Of a stretch of 64,000 nt of DNA, positions 34,999 through 43,400 are shown piece by piece. Under the pieces are notes generated by a model. The model was not told the DNA's origin. It saw nothing but the letters and a program-made list of their open reading frames with translations, and made no database searches. The translations under genes and the position numbers were made by a program. Where the stretch lies: positions 3,061-67,060 of the forward strand of contig CAZUKU010000018.1 in the NCBI GenBank assembly GCA_964621045.1. Reading direction: 5' to 3'. The number at the start of each line of letters is the position of its first letter. Position 1 is the first letter of the stretch. The DNA is from an uncultured Gemmatimonas sp. Lineage in GTDB: Bacteria > Gemmatimonadota > Gemmatimonadetes > Gemmatimonadales > Gemmatimonadaceae.

Positions 34999-36087
34999 TT
35001 ACGCGATTTCCAGCAGGTCGCGGCGGAACGCGCTGAGGACCACCGGCCCGTCCTCCGTCAGGAGCACGTCGTCCTCGATGCGAATCCCGCCCCACCCCGG
35101 CCGGTAGATCCCGGGTTCAATGGTCACGACCGCCCCCACGGGGAGGACGGCGTCGGCGGTCCTGGCGAGCCGGGGGGCCTCATGCACTTCGAGACCGATC
35201 CCGTGCCCGAGGCTGTGCCCGAAGGCCTCGCCAAAGCCGCGCGCGTCAATGTACTCGCGGGCCACGGCATCGGCATCCATCCCCCGCAGTCCGGGTCGGA
35301 CCGCCGCCGAGGCCAGGGCGTTCGCTTCCCGCACGATGGCATACACGTCCCGCTGCTCCGCAGTCGCCGCGCCGAGCACCACCGTACGGGTGATGTCCGA
35401 GCAGTAGCCGTCGGCCACGGCCCCGAAATCGAGGAGCACGAAGTCGCCCCGCGCGAGCACCCGGTCGCCCGCCCGGGCGTGCGGGAGCGCGGCCCGCTCG
35501 CCTGCCGCCACGATCGACGGGAACGGAAAATCCTCGCTCCCCGCGTCCCGGAGCGCCTTTTCGAGCACGCCGGCGACCTGCGTTTCCGTGAGCCCGGGCG
35601 CGAGCGCCTCCAGCGTCACGGCCAACGCCGATTCGGCCATGCGGATCGCGCGCCGGATGGCCGCCACCTCGGTGGGATCCTTGCGTTCGCGGAGGGGCTC
35701 CACGAGCTCGTACGTGGGGCGCCACTGCCAGCGCGCCCCCTGCTCCATGAGCCGCTGGAAATCCCGGTGCACGAGGTGCGCGGAGTCGAAGCCCGCGCGC
35801 TGCACGGCCGACATGGCGCCGAGCGACTCCCAGAGGCCGGACCAGAGACTCTGGGCCACGATCACGACGCGCGCGCCGTCGCTCACCTCGTGCTCCACCT
35901 GCGTGGCGTAGCGGAAGTCGGTGAGGAGCACGACGTCCCGCGCCGTCACGACCACGAGCGCGCTGCTCCCCGAGAAGCCGGTGAGCCAGCGGATGTTGGG
36001 CAGGTGGGAGACGAGCAGCGCATCCAGATCCTGCGCCGCGAGCACGTCGCGGAGCGCGCTCACCCGGGCGGGCCGCGGATCGGTCAT
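34999..36087 (-). CDS. pepP: Xaa-Pro aminopeptidase (M24 family)
   Basis: ATG at 36087. Creatinase-like N-domain. Metal ligands in DFGAVADGYCSDITR, HSLGHGIGLEVHE and VTIEPGIY. Confidence 0.88.
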   Translation of the reverse strand: MTDPRPARVSALRDVLAAQDLDALLVSHLPNIRWLTGFSGSSALVVVTARDVVLLTDFRYATQVEHEVSDGARVVIVAQSLWSGLWESLGAMSAVQRAGFDSAHLVHRDFQRLMEQGARWQWRPTYELVEPLRERKDPTEVAAIRRAIRMAESALAVTLEALAPGLTETQVAGVLEKALRDAGSEDFPFPSIVAAGERAALPHARAGDRVLARGDFVLLDFGAVADGYCSDITRTVVLGAATAEQRDVYAIVREANALASAAVRPGLRGMDADAVAREYIDARGFGEAFGHSLGHGIGLEVHEAPRLARTADAVLPVGAVVTIEPGIYRPGWGGIRIEDDVLLTEDGPVVLSAFRRDLLEIA

Positions 36088-36124
36088 GGCACGCCCCGGT
36101 GTGCCGGGGCCGGCGCGGGCGGGA

Positions 36125-36568
36125 TCACGCGTGCGTGGCGCGGAGACGCGCCACGAGCCCTCGGAGCGCGTACTCGTAGCCGTCGGCGCCAAGGCCGGTC
36201 ACCATGCCCACGGCCGCAGGCGCGAGCATGGAATGCCGCCGCTCGGGTTCGCGGGCGTGGATGTTCGTGAGGTGGACCTCCACGAACGGCACGTCGATGC
36301 CGGTGAGCGCGTCGCGGAGCGCGAGGCTGGTGTGCGTGTAGGCGCCGGCATTGATGACGAACCCCTGCACCGCGCCGCGCCAGTCGTGCAGGAGGTCGAT
36401 GAGATCGCCTTCGCCGTTGCGCTGGGCGCAGGTGACGTCGACGCCGAGGGCGCGGCCCACGTCCTGGAGCCGCGCCTCGATGTCCGCGAGGGTCGTGGTG
36501 CCGTAGAGCGCGGGCTCGCGCGTGCCGAGCAGATTCAGGTTGGGACCGTTCAGCACACCGATGCGCAC
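36125..36568 (-). CDS. aroQ: Type II 3-dehydroquinate dehydratase
   Basis: GTG at 36568. VLNGPNLNLLGTREP and VEVHLTNIHAREPERRHS. Confidence 0.93.
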   Translation of the reverse strand: MRIGVLNGPNLNLLGTREPALYGTTTLADIEARLQDVGRALGVDVTCAQRNGEGDLIDLLHDWRGAVQGFVINAGAYTHTSLALRDALTGIDVPFVEVHLTNIHAREPERRHSMLAPAAVGMVTGLGADGYEYALRGLVARLRATHA

Positions 36569-36575
36569 GCCCGTC

Positions 36576-39500
36576 TCATGGATTGGAGAGCCCCTTCAGC
36601 CAGTGGGCGAACTGCGCCAGGTCGGCACTCGCCGACGCGGCGTCGGGCGCCGGAGCGGCATCGCCCGCTCCTGAAGCTATCGCCCCGGACGGCGGCGCGT
36701 CGGCACCGCGCGGCCGGTCGGTGGTGGCCGGGTCGGGGAAGAAGCGGTCGAACGAGAAGGCGGCGGCCTGGGGGGCCGGCGCTTCGGGGCTCGCGGGCGC
36801 CGCGGGCGTCTCGCCCGCCGGCTCCGGCGGCGCGAAGAGCGACGGCCCGGGCTCGATGTGTGCCTCGCTGCCGAACGCGCGGGCGAGCGACTGGGCGGCC
36901 TGCTCCTCCTGCGGCGACGGCAGGTCGCCGAACAGGCTCGCGAGCCCGTCGGCCGGCGTGGCCACGGACACGGCGGCTCCGCCGAAGGCGGGCGTCCGGC
37001 GCGCGACGCGCATGGCCGCGAGCGCGGCGAAGAGCTGCCGGGCCGTGCGGCGCGGCGCGGGCGCCACCAGCGGCACCGCGGCCGGAGTGGCGGACCGGTA
37101 CGGCGTGGACGGACGAACGGGCGTGGCGCTCCGCGGCGTGGGGCTCCACGCGGTGGCCGGCGTGCTGCTCCATGCGGGGGTCGCGCTCCGGACCGGTGTC
37201 GCGGACCGCACGGGCGTGGCCGCGCGTATCGGCGTCACGCCGTAGAGCGGCGTGGGCGCGTGCGGGTCGACCTCGTCGGGCTCGCCGGCGTCGTGCGCGA
37301 GCATCTCGCGCAGCTCGACCAGCCGGCTCGACAGCACGGCATCGTACGGCCGGCGACGGACGAGCTCCTCGTACACGCCGACGGCCCGCTCCACGAAGCC
37401 CTGCGCCACGAGCAGTTCGGCCATCGTCTCCGTCACGAACGCGGGGCCGGTGGACGGCGCCGGTTCGTCGGACGACGCGTCCGGGGCGGATTCGGGGGCG
37501 GGAGATTCGGCGTGGACGACAGGGGCCTCCACATCGGCGGCGAACGTTTCTTCGACGGCTTCCGCCTCCGCGGCGAACGCATCTTCCGCGGCGAACTCAG
37601 CGGCCGCGACGACTTCCACCTCTCCGGTGATCTCCTCGACCACGGCATGGGCATCCGGAACGTCGTCGAATTCCTGCGCCGTCTCCGGCACGAGGGCCTC
37701 GGCCTCCCGCTCCTCCTCGGCCACCGACAGCCACGGGATCTCGACCGCCGAATACGGCGGGTCTTCGTCCACGATCTCGAAGCTGTCGTCGGCCTGGGTG
37801 TCATCGATGGCGTGTTCGGCTTCGGCAGCGTCCACGGCCTCGGCGTCCTCGCGGGCCCAGGCTTCGACCAAGGGCTCCGCGGCGGTGTCCGCGGCCGCGT
37901 CATCCTCGGCGGTGTCCTCCTCGACGACGGGAGCCGCTTCGGCCACGACTTCGGCGGCTTCCTCGACTTCGGCCACGACTTCGCCGACTTCGACAGTTTC
38001 CTCGACTTCGGCCACGATCTCCGCGGCAGCCACGTCCTCGCCAGCGTCACCGGCGGACACCGGCGCGGCTTCACCGAACGCGGCATCCACGGCCAGGATC
38101 TCCACCGGCGTCGCACTCCGCGCCGGCGTGGCCGGCCGGCTCGAGAGCAGATTCGTGTCCGGCCACTCCTGCGCCACCAGCCCTTCCTCGAACTCGTCGG
38201 CTCCCGTCGACGTCGCATCGACCGCCGGGACATCGGACCACGGGCTGCGCTCCGAGGACGCCTCGGACGCCGCCTCTTCCACCAGCCCGGCCTCGGCCGG
38301 CGGAGCGATATCCAGCGGATCGTGGGTCGCGAACGCGCCGAGCGCCGCCGCGAGCGGGTCCACGTTCTCCTCCGTGGACATGTTCTCGGCGTCGATCCAG
38401 GCATCGGCCAGCACATCGGCCGCGGATTCCGGTTCAACGGCCGTCGCGTCCGCCGGGTCGTTCCCGAATACACTCGCCGGATACTCCTCCGGCGCGTCCG
38501 CGGGATCGTTCCCGAACGCACTCGCCGGGTACTCCTCCGTCGCGTCCGACGCCTCCGCGGCCTCACTCCCGAACGCGCCCGCCGGATACTCCTCCGTCTC
38601 GTCCGCGGCCTCACTGCCGGCCGCGCGCACCGGATACTCCTCGGTCGTGTCCAGCACGCTCGCGGCGTCGCTTCCGAAGGCGAGCACCGGATACTCCTCC
38701 GTCTCGTCCAGCGCGTCCGCGGCAGCACTTTCGAACGCCTGGCCCGGATACTCCTCCGTCGCGTCTGCATCGTCGCTCGCCGCCGGCACATCATCCCCAG
38801 CCGGCATTTCCATCGAGAGCACGATCTCCACCCGCCCGTCCCGCGCGAAAGGCTCCGCCGCCGGCTCCGTGAGGAAGTCCGGAATCTCGAGCCCCTCCGC
38901 ATCGTCCGACGCCTGCTCCCCGGGCTGCGCCTCGGCAGCCGGAGCCTCGGCGGCCGGAACCTCGGCCGCCGGTGCCGGCGGCGGAGCGGCAAAGGAATCC
39001 GCCGAAAAATCGATGTCGAGCAGATCGGCATCCCGGTCCACGGGCGTGCCGGCTGCCGGTGTACCGGCGGGCGGGGCAACCGTCTGCGATCCCAGGGGCG
39101 TCAGGAACGCCGGGGTATGCCAGGCCGGCGCATCCGGGGACTCGAACGGGTCCTCGGGGATTTCCACGGGCAGCACCGGCGCGGCGCCGAACGCGGGCGT
39201 TCCCGTCGCCTCGGCCGCGGGCGGCGCGGGCGGATACGACGGCGCCGAGGGCGGCGTCACCGACCGGGGGGTGAACCGCTGGGCCAGCGACGCCAGCAGG
39301 GCCGCGATGTCGTCGTTCCGGGGGTCCGCGTCGAGCACGCGCTCGTACCAGCGCCGCGCCGAGCCGGCGTCGCCGCGCGCCCGCGCGATGTCGCCAAGGT
39401 GCCGGAGCGCGATGAGGTTCTCCGGATCGAGCCCGAGCGCGGCCTCGAAGACGCCCTGCGCCTCGGCCAGGTCGCCGTTTTCATAGAGCGCCTGCCCGAA

Positions 39501-39674
39501 CACGATGTGCCCGCTCATGTGGCCCGGCTGCTTGGGCAGATATTCGCGACAGAGCGCGATGGCCTGGGCCAGCTCGCCGGCCTTGCGGTACTCGTTGGCC
39601 AGCGGCGCGAAGTAGCGACGCGGGTTTTCCTCGAACTTGCTGCGGAGCTCGTCAATCCGGGCGGCGGTGCTCAT
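36576..39674 (-). CDS. Giant TPR protein with highly acidic repetitive centre (about 1030 aa)
   Basis: ATG at 39674 (or 39689). N-terminal TPRs (FAPLANEYRKAGELAQAIALCREYL...ENLIALRHLGDIARARGD...). A long Asp/Glu/Ala/Val/Pro-rich region with EEYP repeats. A TPR-like helix pair TMAELLVAQGFVERAVGVYEELVRRRP. ATPVRS repeats. The stop lies 7 nt from the aroQ start. Confidence 0.75.
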   Translation of the reverse strand: MSTAARIDELRSKFEENPRRYFAPLANEYRKAGELAQAIALCREYLPKQPGHMSGHIVFGQALYENGDLAEAQGVFEAALGLDPENLIALRHLGDIARARGDAGSARRWYERVLDADPRNDDIAALLASLAQRFTPRSVTPPSAPSYPPAPPAAEATGTPAFGAAPVLPVEIPEDPFESPDAPAWHTPAFLTPLGSQTVAPPAGTPAAGTPVDRDADLLDIDFSADSFAAPPPAPAAEVPAAEAPAAEAQPGEQASDDAEGLEIPDFLTEPAAEPFARDGRVEIVLSMEMPAGDDVPAASDDADATEEYPGQAFESAAADALDETEEYPVLAFGSDAASVLDTTEEYPVRAAGSEAADETEEYPAGAFGSEAAEASDATEEYPASAFGNDPADAPEEYPASVFGNDPADATAVEPESAADVLADAWIDAENMSTEENVDPLAAALGAFATHDPLDIAPPAEAGLVEEAASEASSERSPWSDVPAVDATSTGADEFEEGLVAQEWPDTNLLSSRPATPARSATPVEILAVDAAFGEAAPVSAGDAGEDVAAAEIVAEVEETVEVGEVVAEVEEAAEVVAEAAPVVEEDTAEDDAAADTAAEPLVEAWAREDAEAVDAAEAEHAIDDTQADDSFEIVDEDPPYSAVEIPWLSVAEEEREAEALVPETAQEFDDVPDAHAVVEEITGEVEVVAAAEFAAEDAFAAEAEAVEETFAADVEAPVVHAESPAPESAPDASSDEPAPSTGPAFVTETMAELLVAQGFVERAVGVYEELVRRRPYDAVLSSRLVELREMLAHDAGEPDEVDPHAPTPLYGVTPIRAATPVRSATPVRSATPAWSSTPATAWSPTPRSATPVRPSTPYRSATPAAVPLVAPAPRRTARQLFAALAAMRVARRTPAFGGAAVSVATPADGLASLFGDLPSPQEEQAAQSLARAFGSEAHIEPGPSLFAPPEPAGETPAAPASPEAPAPQAAAFSFDRFFPDPATTDRPRGADAPPSGAIASGAGDAAPAPDAASASADLAQFAHWLKGLSNP
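38455..38765 (-). repeat. In-frame coding repeats (about 6-7 copies, 48-57 bp) encoding (T)EEYPxxAFG(S/N)xxA
   Basis: The plus strand repeats ccgg(a/g)tactcctcc near 38479, 38527, 38584, 38631, 38689 and 38746. Protein: TEEYPGQAFESAA / TEEYPVLAFGSDAA / TEEYPVRAAGSEAA / TEEYPAGAFGSEAA / TEEYPASAFGNDPA / PEEYPASVFGNDPA. Confidence 0.9.
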
Positions 39675-39911
39675 CCGGTCAATCCCCATGGGGTGGTGTT
39701 CCCGGCGCGGTCCATGTGCGGAACCTATGTTGCGCCGCTTCGGGAAGTCAATTGCAGACGGGTGCTGAAGTGCCGACGTCACTTGCCTTTACACTCTCGC
39801 GCCCCCTACTTTTCACTGCTTGTCCCCGACATCCGCCGTGGCTCCAGCGTCGAGCCGCGGCCCCTCTGTCGGGCGTGCTGTCAACCTCCCCGTTCGAAGG
39901 AGTCCCGCCCC

Positions 39912-41747
39912 GTGCTGCAATCCATGCGGAGCGCTGCGAAATACGTCTGGATCGTGCTCATCATCGCGTTCGTCGGTGGCTTTCTGCTGGTCGACAGCTC
40001 CGGGCTGATCGGCCGGAGCCCGGTCACGCCGAATACCCTGGTGGCCAAGGTCAACGGCGAGGGCATCCTGTACGTCGTGTGGGAGAACGCCGTCCAGAAT
40101 CTCGAGCAGCAGGAATCGCAGCGGCTCGGCCGCGGCATGACGCTCGACGAACGCCGTCAGCTCGAAGATCGCGCCTTCGACGAACTCGTCAACGACATCC
40201 TGCTCCGTCAGGAGTACGAGCGGCGGGGCATCTCCGTCACGGACGACGAGATCCGCGATGCCGCCCGTGTGAGTCCGCCGCCGGGACTGGAACAGAACCC
40301 GCAGTTCCAGACCGACGGCCAGTTCGATCTCGCCAAGTACCAGCGCTTCCTCACGAGCCCGATCGCCCGGCAGCAGGGCCTGCTGCTCGGACTCGAAGGC
40401 TTCTATCGCGCCGAGATCCCCAAGCAGAAGCTGTTCGACCAGATCGCGTCGGACGTGTGGGTGTCGGACGCGCGCCTCTGGCAGCTGTATCGCGATCGCA
40501 ACGACTCGGCGCGCGTGAGTTACGTCGCGTTCCGTCCGGAAAACGTCACCGCCTCGGACGTGTCCGTCACGGACGCGGAGATTTCGCGCTTCTACAACGC
40601 GAACCGCACGCTGTTCGAGCGTCCGGGGCGCGCCGTGCTGTCGCTGATGTCGGTGGAACGGGCCGTCACCGCGGCCGATTCCACGGCCGCACGCACGCGC
40701 ATCGACTCGCTGCGTGCCGAACTCGTGGCCGGCGCGGATTTCGCCCAGATGGCCATGCGCGAATCCGCGGACTCGATCTCGGCGCTGGAAGGCGGCGAGC
40801 TCGGACGGGGCACGCGCGGCCGCTTCGTCACGCCGTTCGAGGACGCGGCCTACGCGCTGCGTGAAGGCGAGCTCTCGGCTCCCGTGCTCTCGGCCTACGG
40901 CTGGCATCTCATCCGGCTGGACCGCAAGCGGGGCGACACGCTCGACCTTCGCCACATCCTGGTGAACGTGCGCCAGAGCGATTCCTCGGCGTCGGCCACC
41001 GACCGCCGCGCGGATCGGCTGTCCACGCTCGCCGCGAGCTCCACCGAAGCCGCCATGTTCGACAGTGCGGCGGCGGAGCTCGGGCTCACCGTTTCGTCGG
41101 TCGTTGCCGTCGAAAACGAACCGCTCACCTTCGCCGGCCGCTACGTGCCGGGCGTGAGCGCGTGGGCGTTCGGCGGTTCGTCCGTGGGCGAATCGAGCGA
41201 CCTGCAGGATGCGCCGGACGCGTACTACATCGCGCGCCTCGACTCGCTGCGCGAAGGGGGCGTGGCCCCGCTCGACGACGTGAAGGACGACATCCGCCGC
41301 CGGCTGGAGCGCGAGAAGCGCATCGCGGCGCTCGTGCCCACGGCGCAGCAGCTCGTGGCCGCGGCGCGGCGTTCGTCGCTCGCCGACGCGGCGCGCGACA
41401 TGAACCAGACCGTGGAGCAGACCGGCACCTTCGCGCGCGCGTCGCTCGTGCCGGGACTCGGACAGTTCACCGAAGCCGTGGGCGCGGCGTTCGGCCTGCC
41501 CGCGGTGGGCGCGGTGAGCGAGCCGATCACCTCCTCCGATGGCGTGTACGTGCTGCAGCTCGACGCCTTCACGCCGACCGACAGCGCCAGTTTCTCGCTG
41601 GTGAAGCAGGCCTTCCGCCTGCAGACGGCGCAGGCGCTCAAGTCGGAGCGCGTGCAGCAGTACCTCGTGGGTCTGCGCGAATCGGCCGACATCCGCGACG
41701 ACCGCAAGAAGATCCGCGCCGCGCTGCGCCGCCAGGCGCCGGTCTGA
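39912..41747 (+). CDS. ppiD: PpiD/SurA-like periplasmic chaperone with parvulin PPIase domain
   Basis: GTG at 39912 has a strong GAAGGAG (39896-39902) 9 nt upstream; an in-frame ATG lies at 39924. N-terminal TM anchor YVWIVLIIAFVGGFLLV. Parvulin block GGELGRGTRGRFVTPFEDAAYALREGELSAPVLSAYGWHLIRL. Confidence 0.85.
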   Translation: MLQSMRSAAKYVWIVLIIAFVGGFLLVDSSGLIGRSPVTPNTLVAKVNGEGILYVVWENAVQNLEQQESQRLGRGMTLDERRQLEDRAFDELVNDILLRQEYERRGISVTDDEIRDAARVSPPPGLEQNPQFQTDGQFDLAKYQRFLTSPIARQQGLLLGLEGFYRAEIPKQKLFDQIASDVWVSDARLWQLYRDRNDSARVSYVAFRPENVTASDVSVTDAEISRFYNANRTLFERPGRAVLSLMSVERAVTAADSTAARTRIDSLRAELVAGADFAQMAMRESADSISALEGGELGRGTRGRFVTPFEDAAYALREGELSAPVLSAYGWHLIRLDRKRGDTLDLRHILVNVRQSDSSASATDRRADRLSTLAASSTEAAMFDSAAAELGLTVSSVVAVENEPLTFAGRYVPGVSAWAFGGSSVGESSDLQDAPDAYYIARLDSLREGGVAPLDDVKDDIRRRLEREKRIAALVPTAQQLVAAARRSSLADAARDMNQTVEQTGTFARASLVPGLGQFTEAVGAAFGLPAVGAVSEPITSSDGVYVLQLDAFTPTDSASFSLVKQAFRLQTAQALKSERVQQYLVGLRESADIRDDRKKIRAALRRQAPV

Positions 41748-41765
41748 CGGTTCACGGCTCCAGTC

Positions 41766-41803
41766 AAAACGCCCCCGACATCACCGGATGTCGGGGGCGT
41801 TTT
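41766..41803. terminator. Bidirectional intrinsic terminator between ppiD and tatA
   Basis: aaaa-cgcccccgacat-caccgg-atgtcgggggcg-tttt: a perfect 12-bp GC-rich stem (13 bp with the flanking a/t pair), 6-nt loop, A-tract on one side and T-tract on the other. It lies between convergent stops at 41747 and 41843. Confidence 0.88.
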
Positions 41804-41842
41804 CGTATCGGGGGACCGCGGCTGCCGTAACCGCCGCGTGTG

Positions 41843-42109
41843 TCAGCTCAGAAGCCGCTTGGGCTCGGGCCGCTCTTCGTCGCGGGCCACCGGGTCGGCC
41901 GGGGGAGCCGCGCCCACTGCCCGATCCGATCGCGCCGGCGGCACCGGATCGGTGACCGCCTTCTGCGCTTCGTTGAGATTGCGCTTGAACTCGGTGATGC
42001 CCTTGCCGAACGAGCCCGCGATTTCGGGAATGCGCTTGGCCCCGAACAGCAGCAGCACCACCACCAGCAGAATGAGGATTTCGGTGAATCCGATTTGACC
42101 GAGGCCCAT
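41843..42109 (-). CDS. tatA: Twin-arginine translocase subunit TatA/E
   Basis: ATG at 42109. MGLGQIGFTEILILLVVVLLLFGAKRIPEIAGSFGKGITEFK. Confidence 0.92.
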   Translation of the reverse strand: MGLGQIGFTEILILLVVVLLLFGAKRIPEIAGSFGKGITEFKRNLNEAQKAVTDPVPPARSDRAVGAAPPADPVARDEERPEPKRLLS

Positions 42110-42117
42110 GAGAACTC

Positions 42118-42396
42118 CTAGAACAGGGAGCGTGCGATGAGATACGCGATGAGAACGCCCACCAGGCTCAGCAACGAAACGTCGAGCGCGACCGGACCCA
42201 GCGCAAATTTCAATATAATCAGATCGATCGGCAGGGGCCCGACCGACGGCTGCACGCCCGCGGTGATGAACTCCTTCACCGCCCCGGGCGGGAGGAACCG
42301 CCGGGCGAGCTGCGCCATGAGACCACCGGCCACGAAGCCGGCGCACAGTACCAGAATGTGGAACACCGGCCGGTGCTTCGAGGGTCCTTTGGCCAT
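42118..42396 (-). CDS. Small membrane protein, DUF4321-like
   Basis: ATG at 42396 overlaps the upstream TGA by 1 nt. Two TM helices and the PLPIDLIILKFALGPVALDVSLLSLVGVLIAYLIARSLF pattern that I associate with DUF4321. Confidence 0.45.
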   Translation of the reverse strand: MAKGPSKHRPVFHILVLCAGFVAGGLMAQLARRFLPPGAVKEFITAGVQPSVGPLPIDLIILKFALGPVALDVSLLSLVGVLIAYLIARSLF

Positions 42397-43400
42397 CACC
42401 ACCGCCGGTCCACGGCGTAGCCGATCGCGTCGAGCAGGTTCGCCTTCGCTGGCCCTTCGGGCACCGTGACGAGCGCCTCCTCGGCTTCCTGGGCGAACTG
42501 GTCGGCCCGGCGGCGGGCATACTCCAGTCCACCCGAATCGCGCACCAGCGCGATGACCTCGGCCACCGCCTCCTCCTCCGGCTCCGAGGTCGCGAAGAGC
42601 CGCTCCACCAGCGCGCGCGCGGCCGGCGACATCTGCCGGAGCGACGCGATCAGCGGCAGCGTGACCTTGTGCTCCCGGAGATCGAGCCCGCTCGGCTTCC
42701 CCGTCATCTCCGCGGTTTCGGTGTAATCGAGCAGGTCGTCGGCCACCTGGAACGCCATGCCGAGACGCTCGCCGTAGCGCGCGAGCGCCTCGCGGTGCGC
42801 TTCGGCGCCGCAGAGCGCGCCCACCGAGCAGGCGGCCACGAACAGCGCCGCGGTCTTGGAGCGGATGAGCCGCTCGTAATCCGCTTCGGTGAACGCGAGC
42901 GCGTCGAACGCGGCGAGCTGCCGCATTTCTCCGAGCGTCATCGCATCGGACGCCTGCGACACCGCGCGCATGATCTCGATGTCGGCGAGCTTCACGAGCT
43001 CGCGCATCACGCGCGAGTAGAGGAAGTCGCCCATGATCACCGATACCTGGTGACTGAACAGCGCGTTCACCGTGGGCATGCCGCGTCGCAGCACGGAATG
43101 ATCCACGGCGTCGTCGTGAATGAGCGTGGCCAGGTGCAGCAGCTCCACGACCGCCGCGCTGGTGATCGCGCGCGGCTGCATGCGATCCTCCACGGCGCTC
43201 GAGAGCAGCGTGAGTGTGGGACGCAGCAGCTTGCCCTTCATGCCGAGCAGGTGATTGCTCACCTCCTGCACGAGCGGCACGTCGGCGGCCACGATGCGCC
43301 GGATCTCGCCGGGCACGGCTTCGAGCTCCCGGCGCACGGGAGCCTGAATGTCACGGAGCGCGGCGGCGAGCGCCGACGGGGTGCGCGCGGATACGGTCAT
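42396..43400 (-). CDS. ispB: Long-chain polyprenyl diphosphate synthase
   Basis: First Asp-rich motif LIHDDAVDHS and second QVADDLLDY. ATG at 43400 (or GTG at 43403) overlaps the upstream stop. Confidence 0.88.
   Translation of the reverse strand: MTVSARTPSALAAALRDIQAPVRRELEAVPGEIRRIVAADVPLVQEVSNHLLGMKGKLLRPTLTLLSSAVEDRMQPRAITSAAVVELLHLATLIHDDAVDHSVLRRGMPTVNALFSHQVSVIMGDFLYSRVMRELVKLADIEIMRAVSQASDAMTLGEMRQLAAFDALAFTEADYERLIRSKTAALFVAACSVGALCGAEAHREALARYGERLGMAFQVADDLLDYTETAEMTGKPSGLDLREHKVTLPLIASLRQMSPAARALVERLFATSEPEEEAVAEVIALVRDSGGLEYARRRADQFAQEAEEALVTVPEGPAKANLLDAIGYAVDRRW

Noticed and set aside
36858-39911. N-terminal ~1000 aa of the 1629-aa plus-strand ORF that ends as ppiD
   Set aside because: This part is antisense to the TPR-protein gene and is Arg/Gly-rich nonsense. 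The real ppiD begins at GTG 39912 (or ATG 39924), which has a strong GAAGGAG ribosome-binding site and a TM anchor.
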